From the NCBI GenBank assembly GCA_964057225.1, contig OZ059898.1, positions 4,712,001 through 4,776,000 of the forward strand: a DNA stretch of 64,000 nucleotides, given 5' to 3'. Made by a program: the position numbers and the translations under genes. Positions 35,401-48,800 of the stretch are shown piece after piece; position 1 is the first letter of the stretch, and every line of letters starts with the position of its first letter. The notes under the pieces are model-generated. The model was not told the DNA's origin and ran no database searches. It saw only the letters and a list, made by a program, of their open reading frames with translations. The DNA is from Auanema rhodensis. Lineage: Eukaryota > Animalia > Nematoda.

Positions 35401-38400
35401 ATATCAACACCATCCACAAGATTTGTTCACAAAAAAGTTCAGGCTGTAGGCACGTTGTGTCCGGTGATTGTTCGATTTTGCCAAAGATCAAAATCTATAA
35501 TCAAATAAAAATACTCTGAGGTTGGGTATTCAGATGTGCAGAATCTGAAGTTCTTAGTCAGATTTGGCTGTGAGTTTTCAAATTTCCGGAAAAAAGGTTT
35601 ATATCGACCCCATCCACAAGATTTGTTCACAAAAAAGTTCAGGCTGTAGGCACGTTGTGTCCGGTGATTGTTCGATTTTGCCAAAGATCAAAATCTATAA
35701 TCAAATAAAAATACTCTGAGGTTGGGTATTCAGATGTGCAGAATCTGAAGTTCTTAGTCAGATTTGGCTGTGACTTTTCAAATTTCCGGAAAAAAGGTTT
35801 ATATCAACACCATCCACAAGATTTGTTCACAAAAAAGTTCAGGCTGTAGGCACGTTGTGTCCGGTGATTGTTCGATTTTGTCAAAGATTATACACTATAA
35901 TTAAATAAAAATACTCTGAGGTTGGGTATTCAGATGTGCAGAATCTGAATTTCTTAGTGAGATTTGGCTGTGACTTTTCAAATTTCCGGAAAAAAGGTTT
36001 ATATCAACACCATCCACAAGATTTGTTCACAAAAAAGTTCAGACTGTAGGCACGTTGTGTCCGGTGATTGTTCGATTTTGCCAAAGATCAAAATCTATAA
36101 TCAAATAAAAATACTCTGAGGTTGGGTATTCAGATGAGCAGAATCTGAAGTTCTTAGTCAGATTTGGCTGTGACTTTTCAAATTTCCGGAAAAAAGGTTT
36201 ATATCAACACCATCCACAAGATTTGTTCACAAAAAAGTTCAGACTGTAGGCACGTTGTGTCCGGTGATTGTTCGATTTTGCCAAAGATCAAAATCTATAA
36301 TCAAATAAAAATACTCTGAGGTTGGGTATTCAGATGAGCAGAATCTGAAGTTCTTAGTCAGATTTGGCTGTGACTTTTCAAATTTCCGGAAAAAAGGTTT
36401 ATATCAACACCATCCACAAGATTTGTTCACAAAAAAGTTCAGACTGTAGGCACGTTGTGTCCGGTGATTGTTCGATTTTGCCAAAGATCAAAATCTATAA
36501 TCAAATAAAAATACTCTGAGGTTGGGTATTCAGATGTGCAGAATCTGAAGTTCTTAGTCAGATTTGGCTGTGACTTTTCAAATTTCCGGAAAAAAGGTTT
36601 ATATAGACCCCATCCACAAGATTTGTTCACAAAAAAGTTCAGGCTGTAGGCACGTTGTGTCCGGTGATTGTTCGATTTTGTCAAAGATTATACACTATAA
36701 TTAAATAAAAATACTCTGAGGTTGGGTATTCAGATGTGCAGAATCTGAAGTTCTTAGTGAGATTTGGCTGTGACTTTTCAAATTTCCGGAAAAAAGGTTT
36801 ATATCAACACCATCCACAAGATTTGTTCACAAAAAAGTTCAGGCTGTAGGCACGTTGTGTCCGGTGATTGTTCGATTTTGCCAAAGATCAAAATCTATAA
36901 TCAAATAAAAATACTCTGAGGTTGGGTATTCAGATGTGCAGAATCTGAAGTTCTTAGTGAGATTTGGCTGTGACTTTTCAAATTTCCGGAAAAAAGGTTT
37001 ATATCAACACCATCCACAAGATTTGTTCACAAAAAAGTTCAGGCTGTAGGCACGTTGTGTCCGGTGATTGTTCGATTTTGTCAAAGATTATACACTATAA
37101 TTAAATAAAAATACTCTGAGGTTGGGTATTCAGATGTGCAGAATCTGAATTTCTTAGTGAGATTTGGCTGTGACTTTTCAAATTTCCGGAAAAAAGGTTT
37201 ATATCAACACCATCCACAAGATTTGTTCACAAAAAAGTTCAGGCTGTAGGCACGTTGTGTCCGGTGATTGTTCGATTTTGCCAAAGATCAAAATCTATAA
37301 TCAAATAAAAATACTCTGAGGTTGGGTATTCAGATGAGCAGAATCTGAAGTTCTTAGTCAGATTTGGCTGTGACTTTTCAAATTTCCGGAAAAAAGGTTT
37401 ATATCAACACCATCCACAAGATTTGTTCACAAAAAAGTTCAGACTGTAGGCACGTTGTGTCCGGTGATTGTTCGATTTTGTCAAAGATTATACACTATAA
37501 TTAAATAAAAATACTCTGAGGTTGGGTATTCAGATGTGCAGAATCTGAATTTCTTAGTCAGATTTGGCTGTGACTTTTCAAATTTCCGGAAAAAAGGTTT
37601 ATATCAACACCATCCACAAGATTTGTTCACAAAAAAGTTCAGGCTGTAGGCACGTTGTGTCCGGTGATTGTTCGATTTTGCCAAAGATCAAAATCTATAA
37701 TCAAATAAAAATACTCTGAGGTTGGGTATTCAGATGTGCAGAATCTGAAGTTCTTAGTCAGATTTGGCTGTGACTTTTCAAATTTCCGGAAAAAAGGTTT
37801 ATATCAACACCATCCACAAGATTTGTTCACAAAAAAGTTCAGGCTGTAGGCACGTTGTGTCCGGTGATTGTTCGATTTTGCCAAAGATCAAAATCTATAA
37901 TCAAATAAAAATACTCTGAGGTTGGGTATTCAGATGTGCAGAATCTGAAGTTCTTAGTCAGATTTGGCTGTGACTTTTCAAATTTCCGGAAAAAAGGTTT
38001 ATATCAACACCATCCACAAGATTTGTTCACAAAAAAGTTCAGGCTGTAGGCACGTTGTGTCCGGTGATTGTTCGATTTTGTCAAAGATTATACACTATAA
38101 TTAAATAAAAATACTCTGAGGTTGGGTATTCAGATGTGCAGAATCTGAAGTTCTTAGTCAGATTTGGCTGTGACTTTTCAAATTTCCGGAAAAAAGGTTT
38201 ATATCAACACCATCCACAAGATTTGTTCACAAAAAAGTTCAGGCTGTAGGCACGTTGTGTCCGGTGATTGTTCGATTTTGTCAAAGATCAAAATCTATAA
38301 TCAAATAAAAATACTCTGAGGTTGGGTATTCAGATGTGCAGAATCTGAAGTTCTTAGTCAGATTTGGCTGTGACTTTTCAAATTTCCGGAAAAAAGGTTT

Positions 38401-39631
38401 ATATCAACACCATCCACAAGATTTGTTCACAAAAAAGTTCAGGCTGTAGGCACGTTGTGTCCGGTGATTGTTCGATTTTGTCAAAGATCAAAATCTATAA
38501 TCAAATAAAAATACTCTGAGGTTGGGTATTCAGATGTGCAGAATCTGAAGTTCTTAGTCAGATTTGGCTGTGACTTTTCAAATTTCCGGAAAAAAGGTTT
38601 ATATCAACACCATCCACAAGATTTGTTCACAAAAAAGTTCAGGCTGTAGGCACGTTGTGTCCGGTGATTGTTCGATTTTGTCAAAGATCATTAACTATAA
38701 TCAAATAAAAATACTCTGAGGTTGGGTATTCAGATGTGCAGAATCTGAAGTTCTTAGTCAGATTTGGCTGTGCCTTTTCAAATTTCCGGAAAAAAGGTTT
38801 ATATCAACACCATCCACAAGATTTGTTCACAAAAAAGTTCAGGCTGTAGGCACGTTGTGTCCGGTGATTGTTCGATTTTCTCAAAGATCAAAATCTATAA
38901 TCAAATAAAAATACTCTGAGGTTGGGTATTCAGATGTGCAGAATCTGAAGTTCTTAGTCAGATTTGGCTGTGACTTTTCAAATTTCCGGAAAAAAGGTTT
39001 ATATCAACACCATCCACAAGATTTGTTCACAAAAAAGTTCAGGCTGTAGGCACGTTGTGTCCGGTGATTGTTCGATTTTGCCAAAGATCAAAATCTATAA
39101 TCAAATAAAAATACTCTGAGGTTGGGTATTCAGATGTGCAGAATCTGAAGTTCTTAGTCAGATTTGGCTGTGCCTTTTCAAATTTCCGGAAAAAAGGTTT
39201 ATATCAACACCATCCACAAGATTTGTTCACAAAAAAGTTCAGGCTGTAGGCACGTTGTGTCCGGTGATTGTTCGATTTTGCCAAAGATCAAAATCTATAA
39301 TCAAATAAAAATACTCTGAGGTTGGGTATTCAGATGTGCAGAATCTGAAGTTCTTAGTCAGATTTGGCTGTGCCTTTTCAAATTTCCGGAAAAAAGGTTT
39401 ATATCAACACCATCCACAAGATTTGTTCACAAAAAAGTTCAGGCTGTAGGCACGTTGTGTCCGGTGATTGTTCGATTTTGCCAAAGATCAAAATCTATAA
39501 TCAAATAAAAATACTCTGAGGTTGGGTATTCAGATGTGCAGAATCTGAAGTTCTTAGTCAGATTTGGCTGTGCCTTTTCAAATTTCCGGAAAAAAGGTTT
39601 ATATCAACACCATCCACAAGATTTGTTCACA
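20495..39631. repeat. 200-bp satellite array, segment 3 (~96 monomers)
   Basis: Unbroken 200-bp phase. Successive variant domains atatcgaccc, atatagaccc/atatggaccc, then atatcaacac. Confidence 0.98.
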
Positions 39632-41805
39632 TTGGCTTCGCTCAAGCTCCTCGTCTTCCGGCTGCTGGCTCCTCGGGATCCTGGCACCTTGGGCTCTCCG
39701 TGCTTCTGGCTCGTGGTGAGCGGGCTCCTGGTTCTTGTTCTTCGGAAGGAAAAAGGCTTCTCTCAGGCTCCTCCTCTTCGGACTCCTGGCTCCTATATCC
39801 TCGGGCTCCTCGCTCCTGATCCAAGGGGTCCTTGGCGGCTCCTCGTATTCGGGCTCCTCGCTCCTGATCCTCGGGCTCCTCGGCGGCGTTTCGTCATCGG
39901 AATCTTCGGGCTCCTGATTCTTGGGCTTCGGACTCCTCGGGCTCCTGATTCTCGGGCTCCTGATCCTCGGGCATCTCGCTTGTGATTCTCGGGCTCCTCG
40001 TCTTCGGACTCCTCGGGCTCCTGATTCTCGGGCTCCTCGTCTTCGGACTCCTCGCTCCTGATTCTAGGGCTCCTCGTTTTCGGACTCCTCGCTCCTGATC
40101 CTCGGTCTCCTCGTCTTCGGGCTCCTCGCTCCTGATCCTCGGTCTCCTCGTCTTCGGACTCCTCGATCCTGGCACCTTGGGCTCTCCGTGCTTCTGGCTC
40201 GTGGTGAGCGGGCTCCTGGTTCTTGTTCTTCGGAAGGAAAAAGGCTTCTCTCAGGCTCCTCCTCTTCGGACTCCTGGCTCCTATATCCTCGGGCTCCTCG
40301 CTCCTGATCCAAGGGGTCCTTGGCGGCTCCTCGTATTCGGGCTCCTCGCTCCTGATCCTCGGGCTCCTCGGCGGCGTTTCGTCATCGGAATCTTCGGACT
40401 CCTCGGTCTCCTCGTCTTCGGACTCCTCGCTCCTGATCCTCGGTCTCCTGATCCTCGGGCTCCTCGCTTGTGATCCGCGGTCTACTCGTCTTCGGACTCC
40501 TCGATCCTGGCACCTTGGGCTCTCCGTGCTTCTGGCTCGTGGTGAGCGGGCTCCTGGTTCTTGTTCTTCGGAAGGAAAAAGGCTTCTCTCAGGCTCCTCC
40601 TCTTCGGACTCCTGGCTCCTATATCCTCGGGCTCCTCGCTCCTGATCCAAGGGGTCCTTGGCGGCTCCTCGTATTCGGGCTCCTCGCTCCTGATCCTCGG
40701 GCTCCTCGGCGGCGTTTCGTCATCGGAATCTTCGGACTCCTCGGTCTCCTCGTCTTCGGACTCCTCGCTCCTGATCCTCGGTCTCCTGATCCTCGGGCTC
40801 CTCGCTTGTGATCCGCGGTCTACTCGTCTTCGGACTCCTCGCTCAAGATCCGCGGTCTACTCGTCTTCGGACTCCTCGCTCCTGATTCTCGGGCTCCTCG
40901 TCTTCGGACTCCTCGCTCCTGATTCTCGGGCTCCTCGTCTTCGGACTCCTCGCTCCTGATTCTCGGGCTCCTCGTCTTCGGACTCCTCGCTCCTGATTCT
41001 CGGGCTCCTCGTCTTCGGACTCCTCGCTCCTGATTCTCGGGCTCCTGATCCTCGGGCTTCTGGTTCTATAACCTTTGTCTTACCTTATGTTGTGTTCAGT
41101 ATCCTAGGGGATTCGATCTTAGACTGTTTGAGTGTCAGTCTGTTATCTTATCCTTTCGGCTATTGACCACATTTATATATTATTGGTAACTATATGATAA
41201 AATAAAAAATGGATATATGATATAAACCTTAAGGGAATATAGAATCACTATAACGGCTATGATCAAGGCGTTATATCTTCTTAATTTGACCATATTTTCG
41301 AAATTTGATCGGTTTTTCAGGTTCTACGGGTCTGATTTCATATATTGAAGTTGGATAATACTGATTTTACTATTGTTAATCATATTTTTTTCTTTAAACC
41401 ATGCCAAAGAACAAAACCATATGTCGCGCTCCACTGATAATCATGAATTCTGTTCAAATATTTAATTAATTTATTTTATAAAATAATATATAAACATATT
41501 TATATTAAATAGAAGTTCATTTCGTTAACTTACTTTTAATTATTTTTATTTTTATTTTATTCAACTTTTTCCGACTTCACTAGATAACTAACCACTGAAA
41601 CATTTAATTAAAAATGATTAATCTGAATTAGAAAAATGAAATGGAACACAACCGTGTTTTGAGATTTTTAATTCGAAAATGGACCAAACTTTACTCAATA
41701 TTTTAAATTTGTTTGTAAAAATTAGCGGTTTGTTTATAATAAAATATAAAAAGACAATGTTATGAAAAAAACTTTTATTAAATTTTATTATATTGATAGT
41801 ATAAA
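39632..41805. other. 2174-bp non-satellite module, copy 1: GC-rich complex minisatellite plus ~740-bp AT-rich tail; origin unknown, possibly a non-autonomous TE fragment
   Basis: Satellite stops at monomer position 151 and resumes at position 47. I see no TSD or terminal repeats. Confidence 0.8.
39650..41066. repeat. Nested minisatellite: 15-bp subunits (ctcctcgtcttcgga, ctcctgattctcggg), 37-bp units (40884-41031) and three copies of a larger block (~39677, ~40165, ~40503)
   Basis: Direct reading. gattctcggg recurs at 40884, 40921, 40958, 40995 and 41032. Block offsets are 488 and 338 bp. Confidence 0.9.
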
Positions 41806-43710
41806 TATTCAGATGTGCAGAATCTGAAGTTCTTAGTCAGATTTGGCTGTGACTTTTCAAATTTCCGGAAAAAAGGTTTATATCGACCCCATCCACAAGA
41901 TTTGTTCACAAAAAAGTTCAGACTGTAGGCACGTTGTGTCCGGTGATTGTTCGATTTTGTCAAAGATTATTAACTATAAACGAATAAAAATACTCTGAGG
42001 TTGGGTATTCAGATGTGCAGAATCTGAATTTCTTAGTCAGATTTGGCTGTGACTTTTCAAATTTCCGGAAAAAAGGTTTATATCGACCCCATCCACAAGA
42101 TTTGTTCACAAAAAAGTTCAGACTGTAGGCACGTTGTGTCCGGTGATTGTTCGATTTTGTCAAAGATTATTAACTATAATCAGATAAAAATAATCTGAGG
42201 TTGGGTATTCAGATGTGTAGATTCTGAAATTCTTGGTGAGATTTGGCTGTGACTTTTCAAATTTCCGGAAAAAAGGTTTATATCGACCCCATCCACAAGA
42301 TTTGTTCACAAAAAAGTTCAGACTGTAGGCACGTTGTGTCCGGTGATTGTTCGATTTTGTCAAAGATTATTAACTATAAACGAATAAAAATACTCTGAGG
42401 TTGGGTATTCAGATGTGCAGAATCTGAATTTCTTAGTCAGATTTGGCTGTGACTTTTCAAATTTCCGGAAAAAAGGTTTATATCGACCCCATCCACAAGA
42501 TTTGTTCACAAAAAAGTTCAGGCTGTAGGCACGTTGTGTCCGGTGATTGTTCGATTTTGTCAAAGATCAAAATCTATAATCAAATAAAAATACTCTGAGG
42601 TTGGGTATTCAGATGTGCAGAATCTGAAGTTCTTAGTCAGATTTGGCTGTGACTTTTCAAATTTCCGGAAAAAAGGTTTATATCAACACCATCCACAAGA
42701 TTTGTTCACAAAAAAGTTCAGGCTGTAGGCACGTTGTGTCCGGTGATTGTTCGATTTTGTCAAAGATCAAAATCTATAATCAAATAAAAATACTCTGAGG
42801 TTGGGTATTCAGATGTGCAGAATCTGAAGTTCTTAGTCAGATTTGGCTGTGACTTTTCAAATTTCCGGAAAAAAGGTTTATATCAACACCATCCACAAGA
42901 TTTGTTCACAAAAAAGTTCAGGCTGTAGGCACGTTGTGTCCGGTGATTGTTCGATTTTGTCAAAGATCATTAACTATAATCAAATAAAAATACTCTGAGG
43001 TTGGGTATTCAGATGTGCAGAATCTGAAGTTCTTAGTCAGATTTGGCTGTGCCTTTTCAAATTTCCGGAAAAAAGGTTTATATCAACACCATCCACAAGA
43101 TTTGTTCACAAAAAAGTTCAGGCTGTAGGCACGTTGTGTCCGGTGATTGTTCGATTTTCTCAAAGATCAAAATCTATAATCAAATAAAAATACTCTGAGG
43201 TTGGGTATTCAGATGTGCAGAATCTGAAGTTCTTAGTCAGATTTGGCTGTGACTTTTCAAATTTCCGGAAAAAAGGTTTATATCAACACCATCCACAAGA
43301 TTTGTTCACAAAAAAGTTCAGGCTGTAGGCACGTTGTGTCCGGTGATTGTTCGATTTTGCCAAAGATCAAAATCTATAATCAAATAAAAATACTCTGAGG
43401 TTGGGTATTCAGATGTGCAGAATCTGAAGTTCTTAGTCAGATTTGGCTGTGCCTTTTCAAATTTCCGGAAAAAAGGTTTATATCAACACCATCCACAAGA
43501 TTTGTTCACAAAAAAGTTCAGGCTGTAGGCACGTTGTGTCCGGTGATTGTTCGATTTTGCCAAAGATCAAAATCTATAATCAAATAAAAATACTCTGAGG
43601 TTGGGTATTCAGATGTGCAGAATCTGAAGTTCTTAGTCAGATTTGGCTGTGCCTTTTCAAATTTCCGGAAAAAAGGTTTATATCAACACCATCCACAAGA
43701 TTTGTTCACA
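41806..43710. repeat. 200-bp satellite array, segment 4 (~9.5 monomers)
   Basis: First ~4 monomers are of the right-hand (aactataaacgaat) type and the rest are of the left-hand (atatcaacac) type. Confidence 0.97.
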
Positions 43711-45884
43711 TTGGCTTCGCTCAAGCTCCTCGTCTTCCGGCTGCTGGCTCCTCGGGATCCTGGCACCTTGGGCTCTCCGTGCTTCTGGCTCGTGGTGAGC
43801 GGGCTCCTGGTTCTTGTTCTTCGGAAGGAAAAAGGCTTCTCTCAGGCTCCTCCTCTTCGGACTCCTGGCTCCTATATCCTCGGGCTCCTCGCTCCTGATC
43901 CAAGGGGTCCTTGGCGGCTCCTCGTATTCGGGCTCCTCGCTCCTGATCCTCGGGCTCCTCGGCGGCGTTTCGTCATCGGAATCTTCGGGCTCCTGATTCT
44001 TGGGCTTCGGACTCCTCGGGCTCCTGATTCTCGGGCTCCTGATCCTCGGGCATCTCGCTTGTGATTCTCGGGCTCCTCGTCTTCGGACTCCTCGGGCTCC
44101 TGATTCTCGGGCTCCTCGTCTTCGGACTCCTCGCTCCTGATTCTAGGGCTCCTCGTTTTCGGACTCCTCGCTCCTGATCCTCGGTCTCCTCGTCTTCGGG
44201 CTCCTCGCTCCTGATCCTCGGTCTCCTCGTCTTCGGACTCCTCGATCCTGGCACCTTGGGCTCTCCGTGCTTCTGGCTCGTGGTGAGCGGGCTCCTGGTT
44301 CTTGTTCTTCGGAAGGAAAAAGGCTTCTCTCAGGCTCCTCCTCTTCGGACTCCTGGCTCCTATATCCTCGGGCTCCTCGCTCCTGATCCAAGGGGTCCTT
44401 GGCGGCTCCTCGTATTCGGGCTCCTCGCTCCTGATCCTCGGGCTCCTCGGCGGCGTTTCGTCATCGGAATCTTCGGACTCCTCGGTCTCCTCGTCTTCGG
44501 ACTCCTCGCTCCTGATCCTCGGTCTCCTGATCCTCGGGCTCCTCGCTTGTGATCCGCGGTCTACTCGTCTTCGGACTCCTCGATCCTGGCACCTTGGGCT
44601 CTCCGTGCTTCTGGCTCGTGGTGAGCGGGCTCCTGGTTCTTGTTCTTCGGAAGGAAAAAGGCTTCTCTCAGGCTCCTCCTCTTCGGACTCCTGGCTCCTA
44701 TATCCTCGGGCTCCTCGCTCCTGATCCAAGGGGTCCTTGGCGGCTCCTCGTATTCGGGCTCCTCGCTCCTGATCCTCGGGCTCCTCGGCGGCGTTTCGTC
44801 ATCGGAATCTTCGGACTCCTCGGTCTCCTCGTCTTCGGACTCCTCGCTCCTGATCCTCGGTCTCCTGATCCTCGGGCTCCTCGCTTGTGATCCGCGGTCT
44901 ACTCGTCTTCGGACTCCTCGCTCAAGATCCGCGGTCTACTCGTCTTCGGACTCCTCGCTCCTGATTCTCGGGCTCCTCGTCTTCGGACTCCTCGCTCCTG
45001 ATTCTCGGGCTCCTCGTCTTCGGACTCCTCGCTCCTGATTCTCGGGCTCCTCGTCTTCGGACTCCTCGCTCCTGATTCTCGGGCTCCTCGTCTTCGGACT
45101 CCTCGCTCCTGATTCTCGGGCTCCTGATCCTCGGGCTTCTGGTTCTATAACCTTTGTCTTACCTTATGTTGTGTTCAGTATCCTAGGGGATTCGATCTTA
45201 GACTGTTTGAGTGTCAGTCTGTTATCTTATCCTTTCGGCTATTGACCACATTTATATATTATTGGTAACTATATGATAAAATAAAAAATGGATATATGAT
45301 ATAAACCTTAAGGGAATATAGAATCACTATAACGGCTATGATCAAGGCGTTATATCTTCTTAATTTGACCATATTTTCGAAATTTGATCGGTTTTTCAGG
45401 TTCTACGGGTCTGATTTCATATATTGAAGTTGGATAATACTGATTTTACTATTGTTAATCATATTTTTTTCTTTAAACCATGCCAAAGAACAAAACCATA
45501 TGTCGCGCTCCACTGATAATCATGAATTCTGTTCAAATATTTAATTAATTTATTTTATAAAATAATATATAAACATATTTATATTAAATAGAAGTTCATT
45601 TCGTTAACTTACTTTTAATTATTTTTATTTTTATTTTATTCAACTTTTTCCGACTTCACTAGATAACTAACCACTGAAACATTTAATTAAAAATGATTAA
45701 TCTGAATTAGAAAAATGAAATGGAACACAACCGTGTTTTGAGATTTTTAATTCGAAAATGGACCAAACTTTACTCAATATTTTAAATTTGTTTGTAAAAA
45801 TTAGCGGTTTGTTTATAATAAAATATAAAAAGACAATGTTATGAAAAAAACTTTTATTAAATTTTATTATATTGATAGTATAAA
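43711..45884. other. 2174-bp non-satellite module, copy 2
   Basis: Same sequence and junctions as 39632-41805 at offset 4079. Confidence 0.8.
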
Positions 45885-48800
45885 TATTCAGATGTGCAGA
45901 ATCTGAAGTTCTTAGTCAGATTTGGCTGTGACTTTTCAAATTTCCGGAAAAAAGGTTTATATCGACCCCATCCACAAGATTTGTTCACAAAAAAGTTCAG
46001 ACTGTAGGCACGTTGTGTCCGGTGATTGTTCGATTTTGTCAAAGATTATTAACTATAAACCAATAAAAATACTCTGAGGTTGGGTATTCAGATGTGCAGA
46101 ATCTGAATTTCTTAGTCAGATTTGGCTGTGACTTTTCAAATTTCCGGAAAAAAGGTTTATATCGACCCCATCCACAAGATTTGTTCACAAAAAAGTTCAG
46201 ACTGTAGGCACGTTGTGTCCGGTGATTGTTCGATTTTGTCAAAGATTATTAACTATAATCAGATAAAAATAATCTGAGGTTGGGTATTCAGATGTGTAGA
46301 TTCTGAAATTCTTGGTGAGATTTGGCTGTGACTTTTCAAATTTCCGGAAAAAAGGTTTATATCGACCCCATCCACAAGATTTGTTCACAAAAAAGTTCAG
46401 ACTGTAGGCACGTTGTGTCCGGTGATTGTTCGATTTTGTCAAAGATTATTAACTATAAACGAATAAAAATACTCTGAGGTTGGGTATTCAGATGTGCAGA
46501 ATCTGAATTTCTTAGTCAGATTTGGCTGTGACTTTTCAAATTTCCGGAAAAAAGGTTTATATCGACCCCATCCACAAGATTTGTTCACAAAAAAGTTCAG
46601 ACTGTAGGCACGTTGTGTCCGGTGATTGTTCGATTTTGTCAAAGATTATTAACTATAATCAGATAAAAATAATCTGAGGTTGGGTATTCAGATGTGTAGA
46701 TTCTGAAATTCTTGGTGAGATTTGGCTGTGACTTTTCAAATTTCCGGAAAAAAGGTTTATATCGACCCCATCCACAAGATTTGTTCACAAAAAAGTTCAG
46801 ACTGTAGGCACGTTGTGTCCGGTGATTGTTCGATTTTGTCAAAGATTATACACTATAATTAAATAAAAATACTCTGAGGTTGGGTATTCAGATGTGCAGA
46901 ATCTGAAGTTCTTAGTCAGATTTGGCTGTAACTTTTCAAATTTCCGGAAAAAAGGTTTATATCGACCCCATCCACAAGATTTGTTCACAAAAAAGTTCAG
47001 GCTGTAGGCACGTTGTGTCCGGTGATTGTTCGATTTTGTCAAAGATTATTAACTATAAACGAATAAAAATACTCTGAGGTTGGGTATTCAGATGTGCAGA
47101 ATCTGAATTTCTTAGTGAGATTTGGCTGTGACTTTTCAAATTTCCGGAAAAAAGGTTTATATCGACCCCATCCACAAGATTTGTTCACAAAAAAGTTCAG
47201 ACTGTAGGCACGTTGTGTCCGGTGATTGTTCGATTTTGTCAAAGATTATTAACTATAAACGAATAAAAATACTCTGAAGTTGGGTATTCAGATGTGCAGA
47301 ATCTGAATTTCTTAGTGAGATTTGGCTGTGACTTTTCAAATTTCCGGAAAAAAGGTTTATATCGACCCCATCCACAAGATTTGTTCACAAAAAAGTTCAG
47401 ACTGTAGGCACGTTGTGTCCGGTGATTGTTCGATTTTGTCAAAGATTATTAACTATAAACGAATAAAAATACTCTGAGGTTGGGTATTCAGATGTGCAGA
47501 ATCTGAATTTCTTAGTGAGATTTGGCTGTGACTTTTCAAATTTCCGGAAAAAAGGTTTATATCGACCCCATCCACAAGATTTGTTCACAAAAAAGTTCAG
47601 ACTGTAGGCACGTTGTGTCCGGTGATTGTTCGATTTTGTCAAAGATTATTAACTATAAACGAATAAAAATACTCTGAGGTTGGGTATTCAGATGTGCAGA
47701 ATCTGAATTTCTTAGTGAGATTTGGCTGTGACTTTTCAAATTTCCGGAAAAAAGGTTTATATCGACCCCATCCACAAGATTTGTTCACAAAAAAGTTCAG
47801 ACTGTAGGCACGTTGTGTCCGGTGATTGTTCGATTTTGTCAAAGATTATTAACTATAAACGAATAAAAATACTCTGAGGTTGGGTATTCAGATGTGCAGA
47901 ATCTGAAGTTCTTAGTCAGATTTGGCTGTGACTTTTCAAATTTCCGGAAAAAAGGTTTATATCAACGCCATCCACAAGATTTGTTCACAAAAAAGTTCAG
48001 GCTGTAGGCACGTTGTGTCCGGTGATTGTTCGATTTTGTCAAAGATCATACACTATAATTAAAGAAAAATACTCTGAGGTTGGGTATTCAGATGTGCAGA
48101 ATCTGAAGTTCTTAGTCAGAATTGGCTGTGACTTTTCAAATTTCCGGAAAAAAGGTTTATATCGACCCCATCCACAAGATTTGTTCACAAAAAAGTTCAG
48201 GCTGTAGGCACGTTGTGTCCGGTGATTGTTCGATTTTGTCAAAGATTATTAACTATAAACGAATAAAAATACTCTGAGGTTGGGTATTCAGATGTGCAGA
48301 ATCTGAAGTTCTCAGTCAGATTTGGCTGTGCCTTTTCAAATTTCCGGAAAAAAGGTTTATATCGACCCCATCCACAAGATTTGTTCACAAAAAAGTTCAG
48401 GCTGTAGGCACGTTGTGTCCGGTGATTGTTCGATTTTGTCAAAGATTATTAACTATAAACGAATAAAAATACTCTGAGGTTGGGTATTCAGATGTGCAGA
48501 ATCTCAATTTCTTAGTGAGATTTGGCTGTGACTTTTCAAATTTCCGGAAAAAAGGTTTATATCGACCCCATCCACAAGATTTGTTCACAAAAAAGTTCAG
48601 GCTGTAGGCACGTTGTGTCCGGTGATTGTTCGATTTTGTCAAAGATTATACACTATAATTAAATAAAAATACTCTGAGGTTGGGTATTCAGATGTGCAGA
48701 ATCTGAAGTTCTTAGTCAGATTTGGCTGTGACTTTTCAAATTTCCGGAAAAAAGGTTTATATCGACCCCATCCACAAGATTTGTTCACAAAAAAGTTCAG

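Noticed and set aside
39536-40959. Plus-strand Leu/Ser-rich ORFs as membrane proteins
   Set aside because: They are translations of the minisatellite in several frames with non-ATG starts, and one begins in the satellite.
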